Assembly: GCF_004010195.1 (NCBI RefSeq)
Contig: NC_057751.1
Location: 8,152,137 to 8,185,036, forward strand
Origin: Chiloscyllium plagiosum
Taxonomy: Eukaryota
Reading direction: 5' to 3'
Length of the DNA stretch: 32,900 nucleotides
In this document: positions 1 to 12,295 of the stretch, piece after piece
How the letters are laid out: every line of letters starts with the position of its first letter
Numbering within the stretch: the first letter of the stretch is position 1
Translations under genes and position numbers: made by a program
The notes under the pieces: model-generated
The model's database searches: none
Seen by the model: the letters and a program-made list of their open reading frames with translations, nothing else
Told to the model about the DNA's origin: nothing

Positions 1-222
1 GAAAAGACCTTATCTATTTACCCTATCCATGTCACTCATTATTTTATAAACCTCTGTGAGGTCACCCCCCTCAGCCTCTGACGCTCCAGGGAAAACAGCC
101 CCAGCCTATTCAGCCTCTCCCTATAGCTCAAATCCTCCAACCCTGGCAACATCCTTGTAAATCTTTTCTGAACCCTTTCAAGTTTCACAATATTTTTCCT
201 ACATCAGGGAGACCAGAATTGA
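1..222 (-). mobile_element. CR1-clade LINE fragment (ORF2 C-terminal region), cut by the window edge
   Basis: Minus strand reads the CR1 motif KLERVQKRFTRMLPGLEDLSYRERL; near-identical to parts of 17792-18148 and 22808-23312. Confidence 0.9.
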
Positions 223-250
223 GCAGGGTATTACACCGAAGAAGCTTTTA

Positions 251-1215
251 TTGATCATAAAAGATCTGGAAGGGGGCACTATTGGTACAATCAGCAAGTT
301 TGCAGATGACACGAAGATTTGTGGAGTAGCAGAGAGCATAAGGGACTATCAAAGAATACAGGACGATATAGATAGACTGGAGAGTTGGGCGGAAAAGTGG
401 CAGATGGATTTCAATCCAGACAAATGTGAGGTGTTGAATTTAGGCAAGACAAATTCTAGAGCGAATTATACAATGAACGGAACAGCCTTGGGAAAAGTTG
501 GTGGGCAGAGAGATCTGGGAGTGCAGGTCCATTGTACCTTGAAGGTTGCTGCACAAGTGAATAGTGTGGCCAAGAAAGCATACAGTATGCTTGCCTTCAT
601 TGGATGGGGTACTGAGTATAAGAGCTGGCAAGCCATGTTAAAATTGTACAAGACATTGGTTCGGTTGCATTTATAATACTGTGTACAGTTCTGGTCGCCA
701 CATTACCAAAAGGATGTGGATGCTTTGGAGAGGGTGCAGAGAAGGTTTATGAGGATGTTGCCTGGTGTGGAAGGTGCTAGCTATGAAGAGAGGTTGAGTA
801 GGTTAGGTTTGTTTTCATTAGAAAAGAGGAGATTGAGGGGCGACCTGACTGAGGTTTACAAAATCATGAAGGGTATAGACAGGATGGATAGAGACAAGCT
901 TTTTCCCAGGGTGAAGGATTCAATAACGAGAGGTCACGCTTTCAAGGTGAGAAGTGGAAAGTTTAAGGGGGATACACGCGAAAGTTACTTCACAAAGAGG
1001 GTGGTGAGCGTCTGGAACGCGTTGCCAGCAGAGGTGGTAGAGGCAGGCATGGTAGCTTTATTTAAGATGCATCTGGACAGATGCATGAGGTAGGGAGCAG
1101 AGGGATACAGATGCTTAGGAATTGGGCAACAGGTTTAGACTTGGATCGGCTCAGACTTGGAGGGCCGAAGGGCCTGTTCGTGGGCTGTAAATTTTCTTTG
1201 TTCTTTGTTCTATGT
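251..1215 (+). mobile_element. 5'-truncated CR1 LINE: RT C-terminal part (SKFADDTK) plus 3' UTR, with one premature stop
   Basis: ORFs 251-676 and 716-1093 share a frame, split by TAA at 674-676 (LHL*YCVQFWSPHY). Motifs WQMDFNPDKC, LERVQRRF, RRLRGDL and WNALP; short ttct(t/a)tg tail at ~1193-1215. Confidence 0.95.
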
Positions 1216-1254
1216 CAGTGCCAAAAGATTGCAGGATAGTTCTTCACATCATTC

Positions 1255-1330
1255 ATCGCAGACGTTAACTCTGTTTTTGTTCTTAACCACAGATGCTGCC
1301 AGACTGGCAGAAATCCTCCAGCACTTCCTT
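1255..1330 (+). mobile_element. Degenerate Penelope-like 3' end fragment
   Basis: acgttaactctg...cacagatgctgccagac matches the elements at 22249, 24678 and 28395. Confidence 0.55.
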
Positions 1331-1627
1331 ACGAGCTCAGCAACATTATCAGTGCATCATTATCTCTTCCATTGACAATGGGAGAGCACATCAACCTGAG
1401 GACCAGTCATGCAATTTAAATTAACTACAAGAGCCAAGTTATTGGAGACTTCGGTGATTAGTCATTGATTTATCGTCTTCCAAACCCTCCTCATTCCAAT
1501 CAAACGTCTGACATTTTCACCACCTTTTCATTGCTGGTCTGTTTGCACGCCTTGCACTCATACTAATCCCCATCAAACACAATGCCACTGAACTCTGGAG
1601 TTCTGTTTTGTCTTGGCCGTGTCTTCT

Positions 1628-2236
1628 ATTGTGAAAAGGGATATTGTTTAAGAGCAGGGAGGTTAGCTGGAACTGCATAAAACCTTAGTTTGGCAACAGC
1701 TGGAGAACCGTGTGTCGTTCTGGAATTCACATGACAGGAGGGATGTGATTGCACTGGATAAGGTGCAGAGGAGGTTCACCAGGATGTTGCCTGGTCTGGA
1801 GAGCTTCAGTAGTGAAAAGGGAGTGGACAAACTGCAGTTGTTTTCCTTCAGGCAGAAGAGAATAAGAGGGAAACATGCATGAGATACATATCATTATGAG
1901 GAGCACAGATAGGGAGACAGGAATAACATTTTCCCTTTGATGTAAAGAATCAGTAACTTGGGACATGGAATTAAGCTAAGGGGCAGGAGGTTTGGAGGGG
2001 ATGTGAGGGTTTTTTTTTCATCCAGGGGATCTGAAACTCACTTCCTGAAAGGATGGTAGATGCAGAAACCCTTGTCACAATGAGGAAGCATTTAGATATG
2101 CACCAACAATGCCAAGACACACAAGGCTATGGGGCCAAGAGTTGTAAAATGGGATTTGAATAGTTAGGTTGTTGTTTCTGACTGGAACTGACTTGATGGG
2201 CCAAAGGGGCTTTTATCTGTGCTGTAGAACTCTTTG
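1628..2236 (+). mobile_element. Degraded CR1 LINE 3' fragment
   Basis: Remnants of LDKVQRRFTRMLPGL followed by a CR1-type 3' UTR (gatgggccaaagggg...gctgtagaactct). Confidence 0.85.
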
Positions 2237-2636
2237 AGTCTCTGGATTCAGGACTCCGGAACATTGCGACGATGCTGTGGCATCAGCATGAAGTTAGAGC
2301 AGTGTATCTGGAGCAAGGCCACGTTGCATGGTGCACTCTGGAAGAACACCAACAGACTGCAACCACTTGGAGTGCAACTTTCACATGAGCACACGGACGT
2401 GGACATAGAATTTTCTTCACTGAAGGTGAGTATGGGCAGAATCTTCGTGGGATTTGAGTGGTGTGGCCTAAGGTAAGGTTTGTCAGAGAATCAGACAACA
2501 CCCAATTAGACCTACTTCGACATTGGGAGCATCTTGTTCTATCCTTTCTGCTTTTGCCAAGTGCAAGGGTGAATTTATCACCTGGCAGCAGTGAATTTCC
2601 AATCAAGGGTTATTACAGCTTGCTAAATGCACTGCT

Positions 2637-2949
2637 TATTAGATTAGATTCCCTACAGTGTGGAAACAGCATAGGGAACCAGTCCACACTGACGATCCAA
2701 AGAGTAACCCACCCAGACCCATTTCACTCTGACTAATGCACCTAACACTATGGGCAATTTAGCGTGGCCAATTCACCTGACCTGCACATCTTTGGACTGT
2801 GGGAGGAAACCGGAGCACCCGGAGGAAACCCATGCGGACACAGGGAGAATGTGCAAACTCCACACAGTCAGTCACCCAAAGCTGGAATCGAACCTAGGAC
2901 CCTGGTGCTGTGAGGCAGCAGTGCTAGCCACTGAGCCACCGTGCCGCCT
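2637..2949 (-). mobile_element. HE1-type tRNA-derived V-SINE, near full length
   Basis: Minus strand: ggcggcacggtggctcagtggctagcac (A box), ggttcgattcc (B box), V domain gtgtggagtttgcacattctccc...gggtgctccggtttcctcccacagtccaaaga, aatctaatct tail. Confidence 0.92.
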
Positions 2950-3229
2950 CAACATATCTCATTTTGATTGCACTTCCTATCACGTGCACCAAAACAAGCA
3001 AGACATTGAGAAACCTCAAAACGGAAAATCGAGCAGGAACCTGGTGATTTCAGCTCACCACTGATTGTGAAGAATCTCCATGTTGACCCAATTCTTCATT
3101 GCCCCATCCGAGAGAGTTGGGGTGCCGAAGAAACATGCTACTGATGACTTGAGGAACAGCACAATCCAAGACCATGTCCTTGTGCCTACCCTGCACAGAC
3201 TTGGCACACAAGGCTCATAGGACCTCATC

Positions 3230-4325
3230 CAACTTGGGTTCAACCAGGGGAACTCAGCTTCTGATCTCATTATAGTCTTAGTTCAAACATGGAGAGAAGA
3301 GCTGAACTCCAAAGGGGAGGTGAGAGTGACAGCCCTTATTATCAAGGCTGCATTCAACAGAGTTTGGCATCAAGGACCCTTGTAAATGTAGCGGTAGTGG
3401 GATAAAAACTGTCCTTTGGGCAGATCTAGCACAAAGGAAGCTGGTTGTAGTTGTTGGAGTTCAGTAATCCAAGATCCAGGATAACTCTGCCGGAGTTCCT
3501 CAGGACAATGTCCAACACTCAACCATCTTCAGCGATTTGTCATCGAACTCCCCTCCACTATAAGGTCAGAAGAGGTGATTTTCACTGATGACTGCACAAA
3601 TATTCTGCACCGTGTCAGACTCCCCAGATAACAAAGCTGTTTATATCCAAATTCAACAAGACCTGGACAATGTCCACATTTGGACTGACAGCATTTGCAT
3701 GTACTTGCCAAGTAAAGACCATCTCCAATCAGAGACAATCCAACCATCATTTCGACATCACTGAATCCTCGACTATCAATATACGAGGGGTTATCATTGG
3801 CCACAAACTGAATTGGACTACCAGATCAGTGCAGGGACTACAGAAGTGGGTTAGAAGTCTCAAATCCTGACCTCCCAAAACATGTACACCATCTACGAGG
3901 TACAAATCAGGATTATGATGGAATACTCTCCACCTGCTTGGATGAAATTTGACACCATCCATGACAAAGCAGCCTGCTCCTTCCACCACCAACACTCACA
4001 GTACACCATCCACATAGGTAGTCTGCAGAAATTGACAAATGTTTCTTTGTCAGCACCTTTCAAACTCACAATCATTACCAACACCACCACCTGCAGGACC
4101 CCCTCCAAATCACACATGATCCCAACATTGCCAATCCCCTTCACTGTCACTGGCTCAAAACCCTGGAACAACCTCTTCCTAACTGCACTGTAGATGTATC
4201 TACAACAAATGGACCACTGCAGTTCAAAAAGGCAGTTCATCACCATCTTCTCAAGAGAAATTATTGACGGGAAGTAAATGCGGGCCCAGTCAGCAATGCC
4301 TATACCCCAAGAATGAATGAGAAAG
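3230..4325 (+). mobile_element. Degraded non-LTR retrotransposon (second LINE family, CR1/Jockey-group RT), 3' part
   Basis: Translates to GFNQGNSASDLIIVLVQTWREELNSKGEVRVTALIIKAAFNRVWHQG, later FTDDC (FADD equivalent) and MEYSPPAW; ends in a ...gaatgaatgagaaa tail. Confidence 0.88.
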
Positions 4326-4591
4326 AAACCCAAACATTCCCCTCTCCCCCATCGCAATTTCCTTCCCGCAAACCTGCAAGATATTCCAATTGCTATTCGT
4401 TGGTCATCCAAGACTTATAATTATGGTCCAACACCCTTCCAATTAACCAGTCATGACCCCCAATTTTAATCAACTGATGACACTCCAACAATGCAGCCAG
4501 CAATTGCAAATAGCGTGTCATAAGGTCATACTTGCAGTAACATGAGGAAATATCCATATCCCAAGATTTCTCAGGATGGGGCACTAGAGTG

Positions 4592-4630
4592 TTATTCCTG
4601 ATGAAGGGCTTTTGCCCGAAACGTCGATTT
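4592..4630 (+). ncRNA. Minimal hammerhead ribozyme motif, core intact
   Basis: CTGATGA 4598-4604, extra A, stem II GGGC-TTTT-GCCC, GAAA 4618-4621, C-GTC. Predicted cut after 4625; stem I weak. Confidence 0.75.
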
Positions 4631-4685
4631 CGAAGCTCCTTGGATGCTGCCTGAACTGCTGTGCTCTTCCAGCACCACTAATCCA
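4592..4685 (+). mobile_element. Penelope-like element terminal (pLTR) fragment, family A
   Basis: ttattcctgatgaagggcttttgcccgaaacgtcga...ggatgctgcctgaactgctgtgctcttccagcaccact; matches the reverse complement of ~12512-12606. Confidence 0.8.
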
Positions 4686-5426
4686 AGGACAAATAATGGT
4701 GAGTGGCTGTGGGTCCAGGTGTACAAGGGGACTGCACAGTCAACTTTCCTGCTCATTTCCCACTCTCAGGGAGCCCTCAGGCAGAATTCAGTATGCGCAG
4801 TCTATTGCAAGTTGTTCAACAAACAGTCATTTATTTCTTCATGTGAAATTATGTTGACATGTTTGGTTCTTTCAAAAACTGTTCAACGGCACAGTAAAAA
4901 TTTACATTTACATTTAAAGTGCTGCTATGGGAACCTTTTTTGTTTGACTTCTACAGTTATGCCCTACTTTCCAATTAACTATTGTAACTCAGTATTGCTG
5001 CTGCCTTGTTTACAGGCAGAGATGTAGACACAGTCACTGTGGATTTATTATTGAGGGCCATTAACAAGATTTTTGTCTAAAGTGTGTCTACATAAAAATG
5101 TTTCCACGAAAAGAGAGCTTGACTTGATTTAACTCCTTTTTACAACTTCAGGGTATCCCCAAGGAATCTTAAAGGTTCTGGAGCACTTGTGAATTCTAAT
5201 CATTGATACACGTCTGAAAAAGCAGTTTAACTAGCGTTTGTGTTCATGTGGCTTCCAGACCTGAACTATCAAAACCCCTTCGTAACCTGTTTGCGATAAT
5301 TATGCAAATTTGAACACAAAATCCAGGGGAACACATCAGCTTTTAATGCCCAGTTTACACCTCCGTCCCATTTGGATCTGGGCAAAATCTTTAGCTCAAA
5401 CATTACATTCAGCTGGCTGGGGATTT

Positions 5427-5552
5427 GGGGAGGTGACAGCCTTGTAGTATTATCCCTGGACTGTTCACCCAGAGACCCAGCTCATGTTCTGGAGACCCAG
5501 GTTCAATCCTGCCATAGCAACTGGTGGCATTTGCATTCAACAATAAAATCTG
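5427..5552 (+). mobile_element. 5' head of a tRNA-derived SINE (same family as 6522-6856), abutting an HE1 copy
   Basis: gggaggtgac...ccagagaccca...ggttcaatcc...tggtggcatttgcattcaa...aaaatctgg matches 6522-6640 and 29915-30025. Confidence 0.75.
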
Positions 5553-5850
5553 GGGCAGCACCAGGGACCCAGGTTTGATTGCAGCCTCAGGCTACTGTCT
5601 GTGTGGAGTTTGCACGTTCTCCCTGTGCCTGCGCGGGTTCCCTTCGGGTGCTCTGGTTTCCATCCACAGTTCAAAGATAAGGAGCATTGGCCATGGGAAA
5701 TTGCTGACAGTGTCCCAAGGATGTGTAGGTTAGGTGGGTTAGCCATGGGAAATGCAGGGTTACAGGGATAGATGGGTCTGGGTAGGGTGCTCTTGGAGGG
5801 TTTAGGTGGACTTGATAGGCTAAACAGCCTGCTTCCACACTGTAGGGATT
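5553..5850 (+). mobile_element. HE1-type V-SINE
   Basis: V domain gtctgtgtggagtttgcacgttctccc...ggtgctctggtttcc; 3' gcctgcttccacactgtaggga. Confidence 0.9.
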
Positions 5851-5934
5851 GTATAAGCTCCCAATGTCCGACTGTGGAGTTCTTGTCAGCTGTTTCCTCA
5901 TTTTATTGAACCAACCCTCTGATCTGGTTACAGC

Positions 5935-6025
5935 ATACCTGCACAGTCTTTACATCCTGCGATGGGACTTGAATGTTGACCAACTGGCCCAAAGGTAGGA
6001 ACATTGCCAAAATGTGACAAGAACC
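5935..6025 (-). mobile_element. Short tRNA-derived SINE fragment
   Basis: gatgggacttgaa...aaaggtaggaacattgcca is the reverse of the family at 17071 and 24435. Confidence 0.55.
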
Positions 6026-6069
6026 TGTCAAAGGTTAAATTTCATAGGTACATGTGGGTAACTATATTA

Positions 6070-6165
6070 CTCTTTCACATCTGGCCTGCGTGGGCAGACC
6101 TGCCTTGGTGTAATGCCTCATCTGAAAGATATCCACTTCAGTTAGTATAGCACTCCTGCAGAATG
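6070..6165 (-). mobile_element. Deu-domain SINE fragment (SacSINE1/AmnSINE1-like)
   Basis: gggcagacctgccttggtgtaatgcctcatctgaaaga...gcactcc resembles a reversed Deu domain. Confidence 0.55.
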
Positions 6166-6439
6166 GACCATTCTGATATACTGAACACTGACAACAGCTC
6201 TCGAGAACAGTTCTTCAAATCCTCTCTACTCACAGCGTCAATACAAGTGTCTGTTCCATTCACATGTACATCATCATCATTGACACATTCATTCCTATTA
6301 TACTGCAGCTATTTGTGCACCAAATCTTTCAGTTCATAACCTTCTTCACAGAAGGCTATTCTCTAAAAGTTTGACCCTCTCTGTTGTTGATGCACCAAAC
6401 ATCCCACCCATTATGGCACTTCAAATATAATGCACAATT

Positions 6440-7090
6440 AGAGTCAGAGAGTCATACAGCACAGGAAGAGACCCTTCGGCCCAACTTATCCATACCTTTC
6501 CTAAACTGAACTACGTCCTGCAGGGAGGTGAAGGCCCAGTTGGCCTGTTAACCCAGAGACCCAGGTAATGTTCTGGGGACTTGGGTTTGATGCCTGCTAC
6601 GGCAGATGGTGGAATTTGAAATCAACGAAAACGTGGAATTAAGAGTCTAATGATGATCATGAATCCGGAGACAACTGTTAGAAAAACCGATCTGGTTCAC
6701 TAATATCCTTCAGAGAAGGAAATTGGCATCCTTACCTGGTCTGGCTCCAGACCCACAGCAATGTGGTTGACTCTGAACTACCCTCTGGGCAATTAGGGAT
6801 GGGCAATAAATGCTGGCCTATCCAGTGATTCCCTCATTCTGTGAATGAATAAAACAAACTAGCCCCACTTGCCAGCATTTGGTCCATATGTCTCAAAACC
6901 TTACCCATGCATGTACCTGTCCAAATGTCTTTTCAATGTTGTAATTGTACTTGCCTCGACCTTCCTCTGGCAGCTGGTTCCATATACGATGCAGCTTCTG
7001 TATGAAAACATTACCCCTCGGTTCCCTTTTAAATTCATGCCTTAATGCCCTCTAGTTTTGGACTTCTCTACTCCAACGAAAAGACCTGGG
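6440..7090 (-). mobile_element. CR1 3' end interrupted by a SINE insertion
   Basis: gagtcatacagcacag...cccttcggcccaac tail, resuming at ~6860 with gcatttggtccatat...cttcctctggcagctggttcca. Confidence 0.85.
6522..6856 (+). mobile_element. Full-length tRNA-derived SINE with a Meta-like central domain and a LINE-derived tail
   Basis: Central ctggttcactaatatccttcagagaaggaaa...ccttacctggtctggc; tail gggcaattagggatgggcaataaatgctggcc...gaatgaataaaa shared with the LINE at 3230-4325. Confidence 0.85.
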
Positions 7091-7129
7091 AAAAATCAAC
7101 CACATCTCTGTGCATCTGCTGTTATATCT

Positions 7130-7445
7130 GGAACAGACCAAGGAAGGCTGTCAGATGACCTACCCTAAACAACACGAATGAACCAGATGTTTTTCTATGA
7201 CACACAATGAGAATTTCATGATTCCCCATTACTGAGGCCAGCTTTCAGTTCCTGACTTATTTGACTGAGCTTCATTTTAAACCAAAATTGTCACCATCGT
7301 TTCACTGACAACAAGCTTCAAATTGTTTCGAACAAAAGCTGCAACCAAATTGTCACAATGAGGATGGTGGGATTTAGAATTAGATTCCAGCAGATACTGA
7401 ACTCAGGTACGCGGATTGCCAGTGACAAAGAATTATACCACCATA
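7130..7445 (-). mobile_element. Older diverged copy of the Meta-like SINE group
   Basis: gaatgaaccagatg...atttcatg...cattactgaggccagctttc...ggtgggatttagaa resembles the reversed core and head. Confidence 0.55.
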
Positions 7446-7964
7446 CCTGGTATAACATTATTGAGCTTTACATTGTGCGTTTGACACACTTTTTTGGAGA
7501 CTGAATCTCAAGAAGCCCCTTCTGTGGACAGCCAATTATCATTTTGGAAACTGCAGAAGTCTTCAAGATGCTCATGACAAGTCTAAATCCAAACAGCTGA
7601 TTCCCCAAATGAATGCTCAATAAATGAGCCACTCAGCTGAACAGTAAAACTCCGAACATGTGCCTGCCAAACAGGGTGTTTAATAATGGTGCTATACCTG
7701 CATTCTTCTGTGGACACAATGTGGTTAGATTTATTCCTCTAATAAGTTTTAGGTGAGAGCAAAAATGATGAATGGATCCATGGCACAGCTACAGATGTAA
7801 CCAGATTAGCAAGATGTTTTTATTTTATAGAATGGCTGTAGGCCTGACGGAAGAACAGCAAAGTTTTCCCAAAGGGCTGCTTCTGACTTTATAGCCACTA
7901 TTCCATCCAATTTTGAAGATGGTGCTGACTTTGTGTTATGTTTAGAATTGCACTCAGTAATTTA

Positions 7965-8280
7965 ATTAAGGGGCAACTTGATTGAAAGTTTTCAAGTTAT
8001 TAAGGGGAACTGACAGAGTAGATGGAGAGGAACTGTTTCAACTGGCTGAGGATTTTAGAACTCAGAGAGACAGATCTGAATAATGTGGAGCCAGATCTTC
8101 ACAAGGCTAGGTTCTGAAACACATCCACATGTCAAGGATGGGACAGGTTTTGAACAATCTTCTGAAAATAGCAGTTAATGGGATTTCAGCTGTCATTTTC
8201 AAGTTCCACCAAGTTGCATTTTTGTGAATTAAACATAGGAAGTGACAGGGAAACAGGCACACATATGGAGATGGGTCAAA
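7965..8280 (+). mobile_element. Old CR1 3' fragment
   Basis: ttaaggggcaacttgattgaaagttttcaag encodes an LRGNLIE remnant of the RRLRGDLIEVFK motif. Confidence 0.65.
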
Positions 8281-9524
8281 AAACAGTCACAACCTGATAC
8301 ATTAATGGGGGAAGAGCCGAAACTGGTTCCTCAGGTCTGAAGTGCCCTTCTGCCTCCCTGTCCAAATGGATAACCCCAAAGCCCAGATAGAACTTGAGTT
8401 GAGTTGAGACATGCACAGCAGGCTTTTGTATCACCCTCAGGTTTCTCGAGGGTAAAAAGATATGATGTTGGCCATGAGTGTGTGGTGATATTCTCATCTG
8501 ACAAGATCAACAACTTCTTTGAAGTGGATAGCTGGTAATGAGGTAAGGCTGGTCTCTGTTCCCTCAATCATGCAATACACTGCTGCCGTTCATTGTCCAG
8601 GTTACAAAGAATTTGAACAAGTGGCATTGGGGTAAGCAGGTAACTGTGTAACATGTTCCACAATCCCATCAAGGGCAGGGGTGGCAGTGGAGGAGAGAAT
8701 GGGGAGGGCAGTGAAAGGATGAAAAAGAAAATGTCACCTCCACATTGCAAAACAGAAATTCATTACAATGTTGGAGCTCTCACAAGGATTGGAGTGATGA
8801 CCACAGATTAGTCAGTGTGGAAGATGGGATGCACATGTAGAGTGGAGAGGCTGAATGAGTTGCTGTGCTGAAGGAGTTCCATCATGGATAGGACTGGAAT
8901 TCCCATGTGTGGACAGACAGCCATGTTCATTTCACTTGGCTTGGTGTGTGTTCTTTACAGAGAAAAGCCAGCCAAAAGCTAACATGAGTTGCCCCCACCT
9001 CTTGTCCTCCCTCTCTCGTTCTCAGAAACAATTTAATACAATTACCGACTCCTTTATCTGGGAAACCAGTTACAGCATTTTGAATTAAATTGTCTCCCTA
9101 AGTGGGACCATTTTCTGCAGAGGGAATAATTTAATGGATGATGAATCAAGATGAACTAATGTGTACTGAGCAAGCCATAACACAGACACAAAATGCTAGT
9201 ACTACTGATCTGAAATTCTCACTCTACGGGGAAGCACGACACAGAATGCTCAAAGAGGCTCTTGTGAAATGGGGCTCTTTGTCTGCAGGCTGCTCATTAT
9301 TTAGGACTTTAACCACTTAAGGGTGTGAATTTAATTACAGAATCTAAAGCCCAGTTGTTTGTGTCCAAGGCCCTAGAAGGATGAATGCAGAATAAAGAGG
9401 GCTTTATATTGGGAACTCTAATTAGTGCTCAATACGTTGCCATGGTGGCAAGCCAACATTTGAGAGGCATTCATGGACATTTTGTGAAGATGGAGCATGG
9501 TGGGCCATCCCTCTGGCCCCTATG

Positions 9525-9818
9525 AGTGGCTCGGTGGTTAGCACTGCTACCAGGGACCTGGGTTCGATTCCAGCCTCAGGCAACTGTCTATGTGGGGTTT
9601 GCACATTCTCCCCGTGTCTGCGTAGGTTTCCTCTGGGTGCTCTGGTTTCCTCCCATAATCCAAAGATGTGCCATGCCAAATTGCCCGCAGTGTTGGGTGC
9701 ATCGGTCAGGGGTAAATACAGGGCAGGGGAATGGGTCTGGGTGGGTTATTCTTCAGAGGGTCAGTGTGGACTAGGTGGGCCGAAGGACCTGTCTCTACAC
9801 TGTAGGGAATCTAATCAA
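9525..9818 (+). mobile_element. HE1-type V-SINE
   Basis: gtggctcggtggttagcac A box, ggttcgattcc B box, V domain, gaatctaatc tail. Confidence 0.9.
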
Positions 9819-10184
9819 ATGAGGCATGGTGTGCTGGACAGGGCAGGACACGTGCTGTATCTCAGCATGGAGAACTCAGCATTGAAGAGGTTGTTTTATG
9901 CTTCATCTCATCCATATTACCCCTGGCTTGAAATTAATTTTCCAGCATAGCACACAGATTGACAATGACACTGTCCCGAAAGAATACACAGTTTGTGCAC
10001 AGAAGCAGATAAGTTTTGGAAGAGGCTATTTGGCCCATTGAATCTTCAAACGAGCATCATCACTAAATGTGAGTCTCCTGCATTATCACCAGACCCTTGA
10101 TGATATGATAGAGAATGAGTTCAGTCCAAATGTCTCTTCAAACTGGACCCTGGAAAGAATCCAGGAACAGAACAGAAACTGTTG

Positions 10185-11380
10185 AGTCATAGAATGATAC
10201 AAAACAGAAAGGAGGCCATTGTCCCATTGTGCTTATTGCTGCCTCCTTCACAGAACAATCTAATTACTTCCAATTGTCTGAAATTTCCCTACAGCCCTGT
10301 AATCATCTTTTCTTCAAAGTTCTTACCAATTTATTTTTGATTTTACCATTGAATCTTATGATGGAAATATCCTGGTCGACGAGGGAGATAATTGTAGATT
10401 TCAAGAGCACAATGTTAGGACAGTGGAAAGAGTGGACATGCAACAGATAGAAATTAACACAGTGAAATGTGAACTGATAGACTTTGATCAAAAGCGTGGA
10501 GAGAGGCAACATGCAAAATAAATAACAGACTTCTTAAGGGGTTTGGGGTATTATCAAATAATTGAAGGTGGCAGGGGAGGTGGAGGAACCGGTTGAAAAG
10601 GCAGACAGGATGCTTAGCTTTATCAATAAAAGCATAAAGTAGATAATTACTTTTGTCCTGATGCAACTTGATAAAACAATACTCCAGCCTTAGCAAGAAC
10701 ACTGTATCCAGTTCTGCTCCCAGCCCCTCTCGAAGGAAGTGGAGGATTCAGAAAACATTCATGAGTCGGGCTCAAGTTGAGAGATTTGAGAGAGATGGTG
10801 AAAAGCATGACTGGTGAACAGAGATGGGAAGTCCTCAAATAATGAGGGATCTTGCTGAGAGTGAGAAACCTGAAGCAATGGCAACGGCAGCATGGGGAAA
10901 GAGCTTATCGAGCAGCAAGTGGTCAGGATCTGGAGTGGACTGCCTGAGAGAGTAGTGGAGGCTGATTCACCCTTGGCTTTGAAAAGAAAACTGAAGGAGG
11001 ATGCCAGTATTTGCTGCAGCGAACCAGGGTGGGAGAGGGGAAGGAGATGAGCTGAGTTGGTCTTGTTGTGAGCCAGTACAAATATGATGGGTCGAATGCC
11101 CTCCTTCTCTGTTGTAGCCATTCCCTGATCCAAATGAGTCTGCTTCTACCAATGCTGTCAAACAGTATACTCTGGATCTCAGCTCAGTGGAGAAACAAAT
11201 ACTGCTCGGTCACTTATGGTTCTTCTGCCAGTTTCCTTCAATCTGTCATCGCTAACCTTTCAGTCACCAGAGCCAATCTCTCTTTATTTAATCTATCGGA
11301 AACCACTCAGACATTTGAATAGCTTTATTCAATTTCCAATTAAGTTCCATCATCCAAAGATAGCAGTCCCCAGCTTCTCC
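10185..11380. mobile_element. Nested degraded CR1 fragments: a minus-strand copy at ~10185-10355 and ~11130-11380 flanking a plus-strand copy at ~10375-11125
   Basis: Minus tail gagtcatagaatgatacaaaacagaaaggaggccatt; plus-strand remnants (ggagtggactgcctgagagagtagtggaggc; gatgggtcgaatgccctccttc). Confidence 0.7.
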
Positions 11381-11384
11381 ACTT

Positions 11385-11712
11385 AGACTCACAGGATCCC
11401 TGCAGTATGGAGGCAGGCCATTCGGTCCACCAAGTCCCCACCGACCAGCATCCCACCCACACCCACCCCCCTTAAACCCTGTATTTCCAATGGCTCATCC
11501 TCCGAACCTACACATCCCTATGCACTCGGGACAATTTAGCATGGCCAATTCATCCAACCTGCACATTTTTGAATTGTGCGAGGAAACCAGAGCAAACCCA
11601 CCCAGATACAGGGAGGATGTGCAAATTCCACACAGACTGTTGCCCGAGGCTGGAATTGACCCTGGGTCCCCTGGCACTGTGAGGCAGCAGTGCTAACCAT
11701 TGAGCCGCTGTG
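11385..11712 (-). mobile_element. HE1-type V-SINE
   Basis: Reverse complement of the HE1 head (cagcggctcaatggttagcactgctgcctcacagtgccagg) and V domain. Confidence 0.9.
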
Positions 11713-12254
11713 ACTGAAGTCCCTCGGTCACTGGTACCATTCCAATATATTGGCTCTGCACCCTCTTTAGTCCTTGAAGTGATAAGTAATGGTAACTTGA
11801 GTGAAGTGCAATAACTCACCCAGTGACAATGGAAGAGGGTCCCCTGTTGTGAATCAAGAAGAGAAAAGGAGGAAACTGGTAGCAAGGGAATCCGTGGACC
11901 AGTGTCTGTTGAGGCTCTGTGCATTCAGTTTGTTAACTGAGGGCCCACAGGAGTCTGGGAGGAAACTTTCGACATAGTTTCCCCACTGTCATTGATACAA
12001 ATTGCATTAAGTGGAGTGGATTGATATTTTGACATTTTTCATCCTTGAGTATTGCCCCTAATTCTTGATGTGAATGGAGTGGAACCTAATGAAATCACTG
12101 CAGGAACAAAGCTGGACAAATACAGGAATAATGGATGAATGAACACTATCAGTCAGAGGACTATATCTTCATTGTGAGACAATGAGGACTGTGTGGAATC
12201 TAAGTTAAAAATCATACAACACCCGGGTTATAGTCCAACAGGTTTAATTGGAAG

Positions 12255-12289
12255 CACTAGCTTTCAGAGTGCCGCTCCTTCATCAAGTG
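12255..12289 (-). ncRNA. Minimal hammerhead motif, C3U variant
   Basis: Minus strand: CAC TTGATGA A GGAGC GGC ACTCT GAAA GC TA GTG. Confidence 0.55.
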
Positions 12290-12295
12290 GACAAC

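Noticed and set aside
2880..2949. tRNA genes at A/B-box sites
   Set aside because: These are SINE heads continuing into SINE bodies, with no acceptor-stem closure or Pol III terminator
3893..4411. 172-aa minus-strand ORF
   Set aside because: Antisense to a degraded LINE
9138..9213. C/D box snoRNA (ATGATGA...CTGA, ~76 nt)
   Set aside because: No convincing terminal stem and no rRNA/snRNA complementarity that I can recognise; these short boxes occur by chance
9522..9950. Recurrent 'CVEFAHSPRVCVGFL / CGRKPEHPEETH'-type ORFs (also at 2750, 5524 and 11490)
   Set aside because: Chance translations of HE1 SINEs
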